A stretch of 64,000 bases of DNA from Eledone cirrhosa. Lineage: Eukaryota. The first letter of the stretch is position 1. Each line of letters starts with the position of its first letter. A program made the position numbers and the translations under genes. This document shows, in pieces, positions 1-15,770 of the stretch. Below the pieces are notes generated by a model, which was not told where the DNA came from, searched no databases, and worked only from the letters and a program-made list of their open reading frames with translations. The DNA is taken from assembly GCA_964016885.1 (NCBI GenBank), contig OZ024741.1:194990001-195054000 (forward strand). The letters are read 5' to 3'.

Positions 1-157
1 TGGCCTATGTTATATATTGTATGTGCCTATGTTATATATTGTATGCTGCCTATGTTATATATTGTATGCTGTCTATGTTATATATTGTATGTGGCCTATG
101 TTATATATTGTATGCTGCCTATGTTATATATAGTATGCTACCTATGTTATATATTGT

Positions 158-799
158 ATGTGGCCTATGTTATATATTGTATGTGGGCTATGTTATATAT
201 TGTATGTGGGCTATGTTATATATTGTATATGGGCTATGTTATATATTGTATTTGGCCTATGTTATATATTCTATGCTGCCTATGTTATATATTGTATACT
301 GCCAATGTTATATATAGTATGCTACCTATGTCATATATTGTATGTGGCCTATGTTATATATTGTATGTGGGCTATGTTATATATTGTATGTGGCCTATGT
401 TATATATTGTATGTGCCTATGTTATATATTGTATGCTGCCTATGTTATATATAGTATGCTACCTATGTTATATATTGTATGTGGCCTATGTTATATATTG
501 TATGTGGGCTATGTTATATATTGTATGTGGGCTATGTTATATATTGTATATGGGCTATGTTATATATTGTATTTGGCCTATGTTATATATTGTATGCTGC
601 CTATGTTATATATTGTATACTGCCTATGTTATATATAGTATGCTACCTATGTCATATATTGTATGTGGCCTATGTTATATATTGTATGTGGGCAATGTTA
701 TATATTGTATGTGGCCTATGTTATATATTGTATGTGCCTATGTTATATATTGTATGCTGCCTATGTTATATATAGTATGCTGCCTATGTTATATATTGT
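158..799 (+). repeat. 321-bp higher-order unit (14 monomers: 13x23+22) as an A/B doublet; first full example
   Basis: ORF starts at offset 321: 158/479, 3717/4038, 7459/7780, 8262/8583, 10906/11227, 11709/12030, 14353/14674, 16193/16514, 20395/20716, 22234/22555, 25632/25953. Copy A carries TATTCTATG and copy B carries GGGCAATG. Confidence 0.92.
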
Positions 800-1990
800 A
801 TGCTGCCTATGTCATATATTGTATGTGGCCTATGTTATATATTGTATGTGGCCTATGTTATATATTGTATGTGGCCTATGTTATATATTGCATGCTGCCT
901 ATGGTATATATTGTATGCTGTCTATGTTATATATTGTATGTGACCTATATTATATATTGTATGCTGCCTATGTTATATATTGTATGTGGCCTATGTTATA
1001 CATTGTATGCTGCCTACGTTATATATTGTATGTTGCCTATGTTATATATTGTATGCTGCCTATGTTATATATTGTATGTTGCCTATGTTATATATTGTAT
1101 GCTGCCTATGTTATATATTGTATGCTGTCTATGTTATATATTGTATGTGGCCTATGTTATATATTGTATGCAGCCTATGTTATATATAGTATGCTACCTA
1201 TGTTATATATTGTATGTGGCCTATGTTATATATTGTATGTGGGCTATGTTATATATTGTATGTGGGCTATGTTATATATTGTATATGGGCTATGTTATAT
1301 ATTGTATTTGGCCTATGTTATATATTCTATGCTGCCTATGTTATATATTGTATACTGCCTATGTTATATATAGTATGCTACCTATGTCATATATTGTATG
1401 TGGCCTATGTTATATATTGTATGTGCCTATGTTATATATTGTATGCTGCCTATGTTATATATAGTATGCTACCTATGTTATATATTGTATGTGGCCTATG
1501 TTATATATTGTATGTGGGCTATGTTATATATTGTATGTGGGCTATGTTATATATTGTATATGGGCTATGTTATATATTGTATTTGGCCTATGTTATATAT
1601 TGTATGCTGCCTATGTTATATATTGTATACTGCCTATGTTATATATAGTATGCTACCTATGTCATATATTGTATGTGGCCTATGTTATATATTGTATGTG
1701 GGCAATGTTATATATTGTATGTGGCCTATGTTATATATTGTATGTGCCTATGTTATATATTGTATGCTGCCTATGTTATATATAGTATGCTGCCTATGTT
1801 ATATATTGTATGCTGCCTATGTTATATATTGTATGTGGCCTACGTTATATATTGTATACTGCCTATGTTATATATAGTATGCTACCTATGTTATATATTG
1901 TATGTGGCCTATGTTATATATAGTATGTGGCCTATGTTATATATTGTATGTGGCCTACGTTATATATTGTATGCTGCCTAAGTTATATAT

Positions 1991-3744
1991 AGTATGCTAC
2001 CTATGTTATATATTGTATGTGGCCTATGTTATATATAGTATGTGGCCTACGTTATATATTGTATGCTGCCTATGTTATATATAGTATGCTACCTATGTCA
2101 TATATTGTATGTGGCCTATGTTATATATTGTATACTGCCTATGTTATATATTGTATGCTGCCTATGTTATATATTGTATGTGGCCTATGTTATATATTGT
2201 ATGTGGCCTATGTCATATATTGTATGCTGCCTATGTTATATATTGTATGCTGCCTATGTCATATATTGTATGTGGCCTATGTTATATATTGTATGTGGCC
2301 TATGTTATATATTGTATGTGGCCTATGTTATATATTGTATGCTGCCTATGGTATATATTGTATGCTGTCTATGTTATATATTGTATGTGACCTATATTAT
2401 ATATTGTATGCTGCCTATGTTATATATTGTATGTGGCCTATGTTATACATTGTATGCTGCCTATGTTATATATTGTATGTTGCCTATGTTATATATTGTA
2501 TGCTGCCTATGTTATATATTGTATGCTGCCTATGTTATATATTGTATGCTGCCTATGTTATATATTGTATGTGGCCTATGTTATATATTGTATGTGCCTA
2601 TGTTATATATTGTATGCTGCCTATGTTATATATTGTATGCTGTCTATGTTATATATTGTATGTGGCCTATGTTATATATTGTATGCTGCCTATGTTATAT
2701 ATAGTATGCTACCTATGTTATATATTGTATGTGGCCTATGTTATATATTGTATGTGGCCTATGTTATATATTGTATGTGGCCTATGTTATATATTGTATG
2801 CTGCCTATGGTATATATTGTATGCTGTCTATGTTATATATTGTATGTGACCTATATTATATATTGTATGCTGCCTATGTTATATATTGTATGTGGCCTAT
2901 GTTATACATTGTATGCTGCCTATGTTATATATTGTATGTTGCCTACGTTATATATTGTATACTGCCTATGTTATATATAGTATGCTACCTATGTTATATA
3001 TTGTATGTGGCCTATGTTATATATAGTATGTGGCCTACGTTATATATTGTATGCTGCCTATGTTATATATAGTATGCTACCTATGTCATATATTGTATGT
3101 GGCCTATGTTATATATTGTATACTGCCTATGTTATATATTGTATGCTGCCTATGTTATATATTGTATGTGGCCTATGTTATATATTGTATGTGGCCTATG
3201 TCATATATTGTATGCTGCCTATGTTATATATTGTATGCTGCCTATGTCATATATTGTATGTGGCCTATGTTATATATTGTATGTGGCCTATGTTATATAT
3301 TGTATGTGGCCTATGTTATATATTGTATGCTGCCTATGGTATATATTGTATGCTGTCTATGTTATATATTGTATGTGACCTATATTATATATTGTATGCT
3401 GCCTATGTTATATATTGTATGTGGCCTATGTTATACATTGTATGCTGCCTATGTTATATATTGTATGTTGCCTATGTTATATATTGTATGCTGCCTATGT
3501 TATATATTGTATGCTGCCTATGTTATATATTGTATGCTGCCTATGTTATATATTGTATGTGGCCTATGTTATATATTGTATGTGCCTATGTTATATATTG
3601 TATGCTGCCTATGTTATATATTGTATGCTGTCTATGTTATATATTGTATGTGGCCTATGTTATATATTGTATGCTGCCTATGTTATATATAGTATGCTAC
3701 CTATGTTATATATTGTATGTGGCCTATGTTATATATTGTATGTG
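1991..3744 (+). repeat. Direct duplication at offset 988 bp (43 monomers minus 1 bp)
   Basis: ORFs 2042/3030 (identical 220 aa), 2109/3097 and 2017/3005. A related offset of 965 bp (42 monomers) is seen at 5782/6747 and 5807/6772. Confidence 0.88.
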
Positions 3745-6229
3745 GGCTATGTTATATATTGTATGTGGGCTATGTTATATATTGTATATGGGCTATGTTA
3801 TATATTGTATTTGGCCTATGTTATATATTCTATGCTGCCTATGTTATATATTGTATACTGCCTATGTCATATATAGTATGCTACCTATGTCATATATTGT
3901 ATGTGGCCTATGTTATATATTGTATGTGGGCTATGTTATATATTGTATGTGGCCTATGTTATATATTGTATGTGCCTATGTTATATATTGTATGCTGCCT
4001 ATGTTATATATAGTATGCTACCTATGTTATATATTGTATGTGGCCTATGTTATATATTGTATGTGGGCTATGTTATATATTGTATGTGGGCTATGTTATA
4101 TATTGTATATGGGCTATGTTATATATTGTATTTGGCCTATGTTATATATTGTATGCTGCCTATGTTATATATTGTATACTGCCTATGTTATATATAGTAT
4201 GCTACCTATGTCATATATTGTATGTGGCCTATGTTATATATTGTATGTGGGCAATGTTATATATTGTATGTGGCCTATGTTATATATTGTATGTGCCTAT
4301 GTTATATATTGTATGCTGCCTATGTTATATATAGTATGCTGCCTATGTTATATATTGTATGCTGCCTATGTTATATATTGTATGTGGCCTACGTTATATA
4401 TTGTATACTGCCTATGTAATATATAGTATGCTACCTATGTTATATATTGTATGTGGCCTATGTTATATATAGTATGTGGCCTATGTTATATATTGTATGT
4501 GGCCTACGTTATATATTGTATGCTGCCTAAGTTATATATAGTATGCTACCTATGTTATATATTGTATGTGGCCTATATTATATATAGTATGTGGCCTACG
4601 TTATATATTGTATGCTGCCTATGTTATATATAGTATGCTACCTATGTCATATATTGTATGTGGCCTATGTTATATATTGTATACTGCCTATGTTATATAT
4701 TGTATGCTGCCTATGTTATATATTGTATGTGGCCTATGTTATATATTGTATGCTGCCTATGTTATATATTGTATGTTGCCTATGTTATATATTGTATGCT
4801 GCCTATGTTATATATTGTATGCTGCCTATGTTATATATTGTATGCTGCCTATGTTATATATTGTATGTGGCCTATGTTATATATTGTATGTGCCTATGTT
4901 ATATATTGTATGCTGCCTATGTTATATATTGTATGCTGTCTATGTTATATATTGTATGTGGCCTATGTTATATATTGTATGCTGCCTATGTTATATATAG
5001 TATGCTACCTATGTTATATATTGTATGTGGCCTATGTTATATATTGTATGTGGCCTATGTTATATATTGTATGCTGCCTATGGTATATATTGTATGCTGT
5101 CTATGTTATATATTGTATGTGACCTATATTATATATTGTATGCTGCCTATGTTATATATTGTATGTGGCCTATGTTATACATTGTATGCTGCCTATGTTA
5201 TATATTGTATGTTGCCTATGTTATATATTGTATGCTGCCTATGTTATATATTGTATGCTGCCTATGTTATATATTGTATGCTGCCTATGTTATATATTGT
5301 ATGTGGCCTATGTTATATATTGTATGTGCCTATGTTATATATTGTATTTGGCCTATGTTATATATTGTATGCTGCCTATGTTATATATTGTATACTGCCT
5401 ATGTTATATATAGTATGCTACCTATGTCATATATTGTATGTGGCCTATGTTATATATTGTATGTGGGCAATGTTATATATTGTATGTGGCCTATGTTATA
5501 TATTGTATGTGCCTATGTTATATATTGTATGCTGCCTATGTTATATATAGTATGCTGCCTATGTTATATATTGTATGCTGCCTATGTTATATATTGTATG
5601 TGGCCTACGTTATATATTGTATACTGCCTATGTAATATATAGTATGCTACCTATGTTATATATTGTATGTGGCCTATGTTATATATAGTATGTGGCCTAT
5701 GTTATATATTGTATGTGGCCTACGTTATATATTGTATGCTGCCTAAGTTATATATAGTATGCTACCTATGTTATATATTGTATGTGGCCTATGTTATATA
5801 TAGTATGTGGCCTACGTTATATATTGTATGCTGCCTATGTTATATATAGTATGCTACCTATGTCATATATTGTATGTGGCCTATGTTATATATTGTATAC
5901 TGCCTATGTTATATATTGTATGCTGCCTATGTTATATATTGTATGTGGCCTATGTTATATATTGTATGTGGCCTATGTCATATATTGTATGCTGCCTATG
6001 TTATATATTGTATGCTGCCTATGTCATATATTGTATGTGGCCTATGTTATATATTGTATGTGGCCTATGTTATATATTGTATGTGGCCTATGTTATATAT
6101 TGTATGCTGCCTATGGTATATATTGTATGCTGTCTATGTTATATATTGTATGTGACCTATATTATATATTGTATGCTGCCTATGTTATATATTGTATGTG
6201 GCCTATGTTATACATTGTATGCTGCCTAT

Positions 6230-9200
6230 GTTATATATTGTATGTTGCCTATGTTATATATTGTATGCTGCCTATGTTATATATTGTATGCTGCCTATGT
6301 TATATATTGTATGCTGCCTATGTTATATATTGTATGTGGCCTATGTTATATATTGTATGTGCCCATGTTATATATTGTATGCTGCCTATGTTATATATTG
6401 TATGCTGTCTATGTTATATATTGTATGTGGCCTATGTTATATATTGTATGCTGCCTATGTTATATATAGTATGCTACCTATGTTATATATTGTATGTGGC
6501 CTATGTTATATATTGTATGTGGCCTATGTTATATATTGTATGCTGCCTATGGTATATATTGTATGCTGTCTATGTTATATATTGTATGTGACCTATATTA
6601 TATATTGTATGCTGCCTATGTTATATATTGTATGTGGCCTATGTTATACATTGTATGCTGCCTATGTTATATATTGTATGTTGCCTACGTTATATATTGT
6701 ATACTGCCTATGTTATATATAGTATGCTACCTATGTTATATATTGTATGTGGCCTATGTTATATATAGTATGTGGCCTACGTTATATATTGTATGCTGCC
6801 TATGTTATATATAGTATGCTACCTATGTCATATATTGTATGTGGCCTATGTTATATATTGTATACTGCCTATGTTATATATTGTATGCTGCCTATGTTAT
6901 ATATTGTATGTGGCCTATGTTATATATTGTATGTGGCCTATGTCATATATTGTATGCTGCCTATGTTATATATTGTATGCTGCCTATGTCATATATTGTA
7001 TGTGGCCTATGTTATATATTGTATGTGGCCTATGTTATATATTGTATGTGGCCTATGTTATATACTGTATGCTGCCTATGGTATATATTGTATGCTGTCT
7101 ATGTTATATATTGTATGTGACCTATATTATATATTGTATGCTGCCTATGTTATATATTGTATGTGGCCTATGTTATACATTGTATGCTGCCTATGTTATA
7201 TATTGTATGTTGCCTATGTTATATATTGTATGCTGCCTATGTTATATATTGTATGCTGCCTATGTTATATATTGTATGCTGCCTATGTTATATATTGTAT
7301 GTGGCCTATGTTATATATTGTATGTGCCTATGTTATATATTGTATGCTGCCTATGTTATATATTGTATGCTGTCTATGTTATATATTGTATGTGGCCTAT
7401 GTTATATATTGTATGCTGCCTATGTTATATATAGTATGCTACCTATGTTATATATTGTATGTGGCCTATGTTATATATTGTATGTGGGCTATGTTATATA
7501 TTGTATGTGGGCTATGTTATATATTGTATATGGGCTATGTTATATATTGTATTTGGCCTATGTTATATATTCTATGCTGCCTATGTTATATATTGTATAC
7601 TGCCTATGTTATATATAGTATGCTACCTATGTCATATATTGTATGTGGCCTATGTTATATATTGTATGTGGGCTATGTTATATATTGTATGTGGCCTATG
7701 TTATATATTGTATGTGCCTATGTTATATATTGTATGCTGCCTATGTTATATATAGTATGCTACCTATGTTATATATTGTATGTGGCCTATGTTATATATT
7801 GTATGTGGGCTATGTTATATATTGTATGTGGGCTATGTTATATATTGTATATGGGCTATGTTATATATTGTATTTGGCCTATGTTATATATTGTATGCTG
7901 CCTATGTTATATATTGTATACTGCCTATGTTATATATAGTATGCTACCTATGTCATATATTGTATGTGGCCTATGTTATATATTGTATGTGGGCAATGTT
8001 ATATATTGTATGTGGCCTATGTTATATATTGTATGTGCCTATGTTATATATTGTATGCTGCCTATGTTATATATAGTATGCTGCCTATGTTATATATTGT
8101 ATGCTGCCTATGTTATATATTGTATGTGGCCTACGTTATATATTGTATGCTGCCTATGGTATATATTGTATGCTGTCTATGTTATATATTGTATGTGGCC
8201 TATGTTATATATTGTATGCTGCCTATGTTATATATAGTATGCTACCTATGTTATATATTGTATGTGGCCTATGTTATATATTGTATGTGGGCTATGTTAT
8301 ATATTGTATGTGGGCTATGTTATATATTGTATATGGGCTATGTTATATATTGTATTTGGCCTATGTTATATATTCTATGCTGCCTATGTTATATATTGTA
8401 TACTGCCTATGTTATATATAGTATGCTACCTATGTCATATATTGTATGTGGCCTATGTTATATATTGTATGTGGGCTATGTTATATATTGTATGTGGCCT
8501 ATGTTATATATTGTATGTGCCTATGTTATATATTGTATGCTGCCTATGTTATATATAGTATGCTACCTATGTTATATATTGTATGTGGCCTATGTTATAT
8601 ATTGTATGTGGGCTATGTTATATATTGTATGTGGGCTATGTTATATATTGTATATGGGCTATGTTATATATTGTATTTGGCCTATGTTATATATTGTATG
8701 CTGCCTATGTTATATATTGTATACTGCCTATGTTATATATAGTATGCTACCTATGTCATATATTGTATGTGGCCTATGTTATATATTGTATGTGGGCAAT
8801 GTTATATATTGTATGTGGCCTATGTTATATATTGTATGTGCCTATGTTATATATTGTATGCTGCCTATGTTATATATAGTATGCTGCCTATGTTATATAT
8901 TGTATGCTGCCTATGTTATATATTGTATGTGGCCTACGTTATATATTGTATACTGCCTATGTTATATATAGTATGCTACCTGTGTTATATATTGTATGTG
9001 GCCTATGTTATATATAGTATGTGGCCTATGTTATATATTGCATGTGGCCTACGTTATATATTGTATGCTGCCTATGTTATATATAGTATGCTACCTATGT
9101 TATATATTGTATGTGGCCTATGTTATATATAGTATGTGGCCTACGTTATATATTGTATGCTGCCTATGTTATATATAGTATGCTACCTATGTCATATATT

Positions 9201-12200
9201 GTATGTGGCCTCTGTTATATATTGTATACTGCCTATGTTATATATTGTATGCTGCCTATGTTATATATTGTATGTGGCCTATGTTATATATTGTATGTGG
9301 CCTATGTCATATATTGTATGCTGCCTATGTTATATATTGTATGCTGCCTATGTCATATATTGTATGTGGCCTATGTCATATATTGTATGCTGCCTATGTT
9401 ATATATTGTATGTGGCCTATGTTATATATAGTATGTGGCCTACGATTTATATATTGTATGCTGCCTATGTTATATATAGAATGCTACCTATGTCATATAT
9501 TGTATGTGGCCTATGTTATATATTGTATACTGCCTATGTTATATATTGTATGCTGTCAATGTTATATTGTAGTATGTGGCCTACGTTATATATTGTATAC
9601 TGTCTATGTTATATATTGTATACTGCCTATGTTATATATAGTATGCTACCTATGTCATATATTGTATGTGGCCTATGTTATATATTGTATGTTGCCTATG
9701 TTATATATTGTATGCTGCCTATGTTATATATTGTATGCTGCCTATGTTATATATTGTATGCTGCCTATGTTATATATTGTATGTGGCCTATGTTATATAT
9801 TGTATGTGCCTATGTTATATATTGTATGCTGCCTATGTTATATATTGTATGCTGTCTATGTTATATATTGTATGTGGCCTATGTTATATATTGTATGCTG
9901 CCTATGTTATATATAGTATGCTACCTATGTTATATATTGTATGTGGCCTATGTTATATATTGTATGTGGCCTATGTTATATATTGTATGCTGCCTATGGT
10001 ATATATTGTATGCTGTCTATGTTATATATTGTATGTGACCTATATTATATATTGTATGCTGCCTATGTTATATATTGTATGTGGCCTATGTTATACATTG
10101 TATGCTGCCTATGTTATATATTGTATGTTGCCTACGTTATATATTGTATACTGCCTATGTTATATATAGTATGCTACCTATGTTATATATTGTATGTGGC
10201 CTATGTTATATATAGTATGTGGCCTACGTTATATATTGTATGCTGCCTATGTTATATATAGTATGCTACCTATGTCATATATTGTATGTGGCCTATGTTA
10301 TATATTGTATACTGCCTATGTTATATATTGTATGCTGCCTATGTTATATATTGTATGTGGCCTATGTTATATATTGTATGTGGCCTATGTCATATATTGT
10401 ATGCTGCCTATGTTATATATTGTATGCTGCCTATGTCATATATTGTATGTGGCCTATGTTATATATTGTATGTGGCCTATGTTATATATTGTATGTGGCC
10501 TATGTTATATATTGTATGCTGCCTATGGTATATATTGTATGCTGTCTATGTTATATATTGTATGTGACCTATATTATATATTGTATGCTGCCTATGTTAT
10601 ATATTGTATGTGGCCTATGTTATACATTGTATGCTGCCTATGTTATATATTGTATGTTGCCTATGTTATATATTGTATGCTGCCTATGTTATATATTGTA
10701 TGCTGCCTATGTTATATATTGTATGCTGCCTATGTTATATATTGTATGTGGCCTATGTTATATATTGTATGTGCCTATGTTATATATTGTATGCTGCCTA
10801 TGTTATATATTGTATGCTGTCTATGTTATATATTGTATGTGGCCTATGTTATATATTGTATGCTGCCTATGTTATATATAGTATGCTACCTATGTTATAT
10901 ATTGTATGTGGCCTATGTTATATATTGTATGTGGGCTATGTTATATATTGTATGTGGGCTATGTTATATATTGTATATGGGCTATGTTATATATTGTATT
11001 TGGCCTATGTTATATATTCTATGCTGCCTATGTTATATATTGTATACTGCCTATGTTATATATAGTATGCTACCTATGTCATATATTGTATGTGGCCTAT
11101 GTTATATATTGTATGTGGGCTATGTTATATATTGTATGTGGCCTATGTTATATATTGTATGTGCCTATGTTATATATTGTATGCTGCCTATGTTATATAT
11201 AGTATGCTACCTATGTTATATATTGTATGTGGCCTATGTTATATATTGTATGTGGGCTATGTTATATATTGTATGTGGGCTATGTTATATATTGTATATG
11301 GGCTATGTTATATATTGTATTTGGCCTATGTTATATATTGTATGCTGCCTATGTTATATATTGTATACTGCCTATGTTATATATAGTATGCTACCTATGT
11401 CATATATTGTATGTGGCCTATGTTATATATTGTATGTGGGCAATGTTATATATTGTATGTGGCCTATGTTATATATTGTATGTGCCTATGTTATATATTG
11501 TATGCTGCCTATGTTATATATAGTATGCTGCCTATGTTATATATTGTATGCTGCCTATGTTATATATTGTATGTGGCCTACGTTATATATTGTATGCTGC
11601 CTATGGTATATATTGTATGCTGTCTATGTTATATATTGTATGTGGCCTATGTTATATATTGTATGCTGCCTATGTTATATATAGTATGCTACCTATGTTA
11701 TATATTGTATGTGGCCTATGTTATATATTGTATGTGGGCTATGTTATATATTGTATGTGGGCTATGTTATATATTGTATATGGGCTATGTTATATATTGT
11801 ATTTGGCCTATGTTATATATTCTATGCTGCCTATGTTATATATTGTATACTGCCTATGTTATATATAGTATGCTACCTATGTCATATATTGTATGTGGCC
11901 TATGTTATATATTGTATGTGGGCTATGTTATATATTGTATGTGGCCTATGTTATATATTGTATGTGCCTATGTTATATATTGTATGCTGCCTATGTTATA
12001 TATAGTATGCTACCTATGTTATATATTGTATGTGGCCTATGTTATATATTGTATGTGGGCTATGTTATATATTGTATGTGGGCTATGTTATATATTGTAT
12101 ATGGGCTATGTTATATATTGTATTTGGCCTATGTTATATATTGTATGCTGCCTATGTTATATATTGTATACTGCCTATGTTATATATAGTATGCTACCTA

Positions 12201-15200
12201 TGTCATATATTGTATGTGGCCTATGTTATATATTGTATGTGGGCAATGTTATATATTGTATGTGGCCTATGTTATATATTGTATGTGCCTATGTTATATA
12301 TTGTATGCTGCCTATGTTATATATAGTATGCTGCCTATGTTATATATTGTATGCTGCCTATGTTATATATTGTATGTGGCCTACGTTATATATTGTATAC
12401 TGCCTATGTTATATATAGTATGCTACCTGTGTTATATATTGTATGTGGCCTATGTTATATATAGTATGTGGCCTATGTTATATATTGCATGTGGCCTACG
12501 TTATATATTGTATGCTGCCTATGTTATATATAGTATGCTACCTATGTTATATATTGTATGTGGCCTATGTTATATATAGTATGTGGCCTACGTTATATAT
12601 TGTATGCTGCCTATGTTATATATAGTATGCTACCTATGTCATATATTGTATGTGGCCTCTGTTATATATTGTATACTGCCTATGTTATATATTGTATGCT
12701 GCCTATGTTATATATTGTATGTGGCCTATGTTATATATTGTATGTGGCCTATGTCATATATTGTATGCTGCCTATGTTATATATTGTATGCTGCCTATGT
12801 CATATATTGTATGTGGCCTATGTCATATATTGTATGCTGCCTATGTTATATATTGTATGTGGCCTATGTTATATATAGTATGTGGCCTACGATTTATATA
12901 TTGTATGCTGCCTATGTTATATATAGAATGCTACCTATGTCATATATTGTATGTGGCCTATGTTATATATTGTATACTGCCTATGTTATATATTGTATGC
13001 TGTCAATGTTATATTGTAGTATGTGGCCTACGTTATATATTGTATACTGTCTATGTTATATATTGTATACTGCCTATGTTATATATAGTATGCTACCTAT
13101 GTCATATATTGTATGTGGCCTATGTTATATATTGTATGTTGCCTATGTTATATATTGTATGCTGCCTATGTTATATATTGTATGCTGCCTATGTTATATA
13201 TTGTATGCTGCCTATGTTATATATTGTATGTGGCCTATGTTATATATTGTATGTGCCTATGTTATATATTGTATGCTGCCTATGTTATATATTGTATGCT
13301 GTCTATGTTATATATTGTATGTGGCCTATGTTATATATTGTATGCTGCCTATGTTATATATAGTATGCTACCTATGTTATATATTGTATGTGGCCTATGT
13401 TATATATTGTATGTGGCCTATGTTATATATTGTATGCTGCCTATGGTATATATTGTATGCTGTCTATGTTATATATTGTATGTGACCTATATTATATATT
13501 GTATGCTGCCTATGTTATATATTGTATGTGGCCTATGTTATACATTGTATGCTGCCTATGTTATATATTGTATGTTGCCTACGTTATATATTGTATACTG
13601 CCTATGTTATATATAGTATGCTACCTATGTTATATATTGTATGTGGCCTATGTTATATATAGTATGTGGCCTACGTTATATATTGTATGCTGCCTATGTT
13701 ATATATAGTATGCTACCTATGTCATATATTGTATGTGGCCTATGTTATATATTGTATACTGCCTATGTTATATATTGTATGCTGCCTATGTTATATATTG
13801 TATGTGGCCTATGTTATATATTGTATGTGGCCTATGTCATATATTGTATGCTGCCTATGTTATATATTGTATGCTGCCTATGTCATATATTGTATGTGGC
13901 CTATGTTATATATTGTATGTGGCCTATGTTATATATTGTATGTGGCCTATGTTATATATTGTATGCTGCCTATGGTATATATTGTATGCTGTCTATGTTA
14001 TATATTGTATGTGACCTATATTATATATTGTATGCTGCCTATGTTATATATTGTATGTGGCCTATGTTATACATTGTATGCTGCCTATGTTATATATTGT
14101 ATGTTGCCTATGTTATATATTGTATGCTGCCTATGTTATATATTGTATGCTGCCTATGTTATATATTGTATGCTGCCTATGTTATATATTGTATGTGGCC
14201 TATGTTATATATTGTATGTGCCTATGTTATATATTGTATGCTGCCTATGTTATATATTGTATGCTGTCTATGTTATATATTGTATGTGGCCTATGTTATA
14301 TATGGTATGCTGCCTATGTTATATATAGTATGCTACCTATGTTATATATTGTATGTGGCCTATGTTATATATTGTATGTGGGCTATGTTATATATTGTAT
14401 GTGGGCTATGTTATATATTGTATATGGGCTATGTTATATATTGTATTTGGCCTATGTTATATATTCTATGCTGCCTATGTTATATATTGTATACTGCCTA
14501 TGTTATATATAGTATGCTACCTATGTCATATATTGTATGTGGCCTATGTTATATATTGTATGTGGGCTATGTTATATATTGTATGTGGCCTATGTTATAT
14601 ATTGTATGTGCCTATGTTATATATTGTATGCTGCCTATGTTATATATAGTATGCTACCTATGTTATATATTGTATGTGGCCTATGTTATATATTGTATGT
14701 GGGCTATGTTATATATTGTATGTGGGCTATGTTATATATTGTATATGGGCTATGTTATATATTGTATTTGGCCTATGTTATATATTGTATGCTGCCTATG
14801 TTATATATTGTATACTGCCTATGTTATATATAGTATGCTACCTATGTCATATATTGTATGTGGCCTATGTTATATATTGTATGTGGGCAATGTTATATAT
14901 TGTATGTGGCCTATGTTATATATTGTATGTGCCTATGTTATATATTGTATGCTGCCTATGTTATATATAGTATGCTGCCTATGTTATATATTGTATGCTG
15001 CCTATGTTATATATTGTATGTGGCCTACGTTATATATTGTATACTGCCTATGTTATATATAGTATGCTACCTGTGTTATATATTGTATGTGGCCTATGTT
15101 ATATATAGTATGTGGCCTATGTTATATATTGTATGTGGCCTACGTTATATATTGTATGCTGCCTATGTTATATATAGTATGCTACCTATGTTATATATTG

Positions 15201-15770
15201 TATGTGGCCTATGTTATATATAGTATGTGGCCTACGTTATATATTGTATGCTGCCTATGTTATATATAGTATGCTACCTATGTCATATATTGTATGTGGC
15301 CTCTGTTATATATTGTATACTGCCTATGTTATATATTGTATGCTGCCTATGTTATATATTGTATGTGGCCTATGTTATATATTGTATGTGGTCTATGTCA
15401 TATATTGTATGCTGCCTATGTTATATATTGTATGCTGCCTATGTCATATATTGTATGTGGCCTATGTCATATATTGTATGCTGCCTATGTTATATATTGT
15501 ATGTGGCCTATGTTATATATAGTATGTGGCCTACGATTTATATATTGTATGCTGCCTATGTTATATATAGAATGCTACCTATGTCATATATTGTATGTGG
15601 CCTATGTTATATATTGTATACTGCCTATGTTATATATTGTATGCTGTCAATGTTATATTGTAGTATGTGGCCTACGTTATATATTGTATACTGTCTATGT
15701 TATATATTGTATACTGCCTATGTTATATATAGTATGCTACCTATGTCATATATTGTATGTGGCCTATGTT
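6230..15770 (+). repeat. 3447-bp higher-order repeat (150 monomers): two near-identical copies plus a 2644-bp third copy lacking one 803-bp module
   Basis: ORF starts 6747/10194/13641, 7964/11411 and 9136/12583. Rare marker TACGATTTATA at 9441, 12888 (+3447) and 15532 (+2644). Marker GTTATATTGTAGTATG at 9561, 13008 and 15652. Confidence 0.92.
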
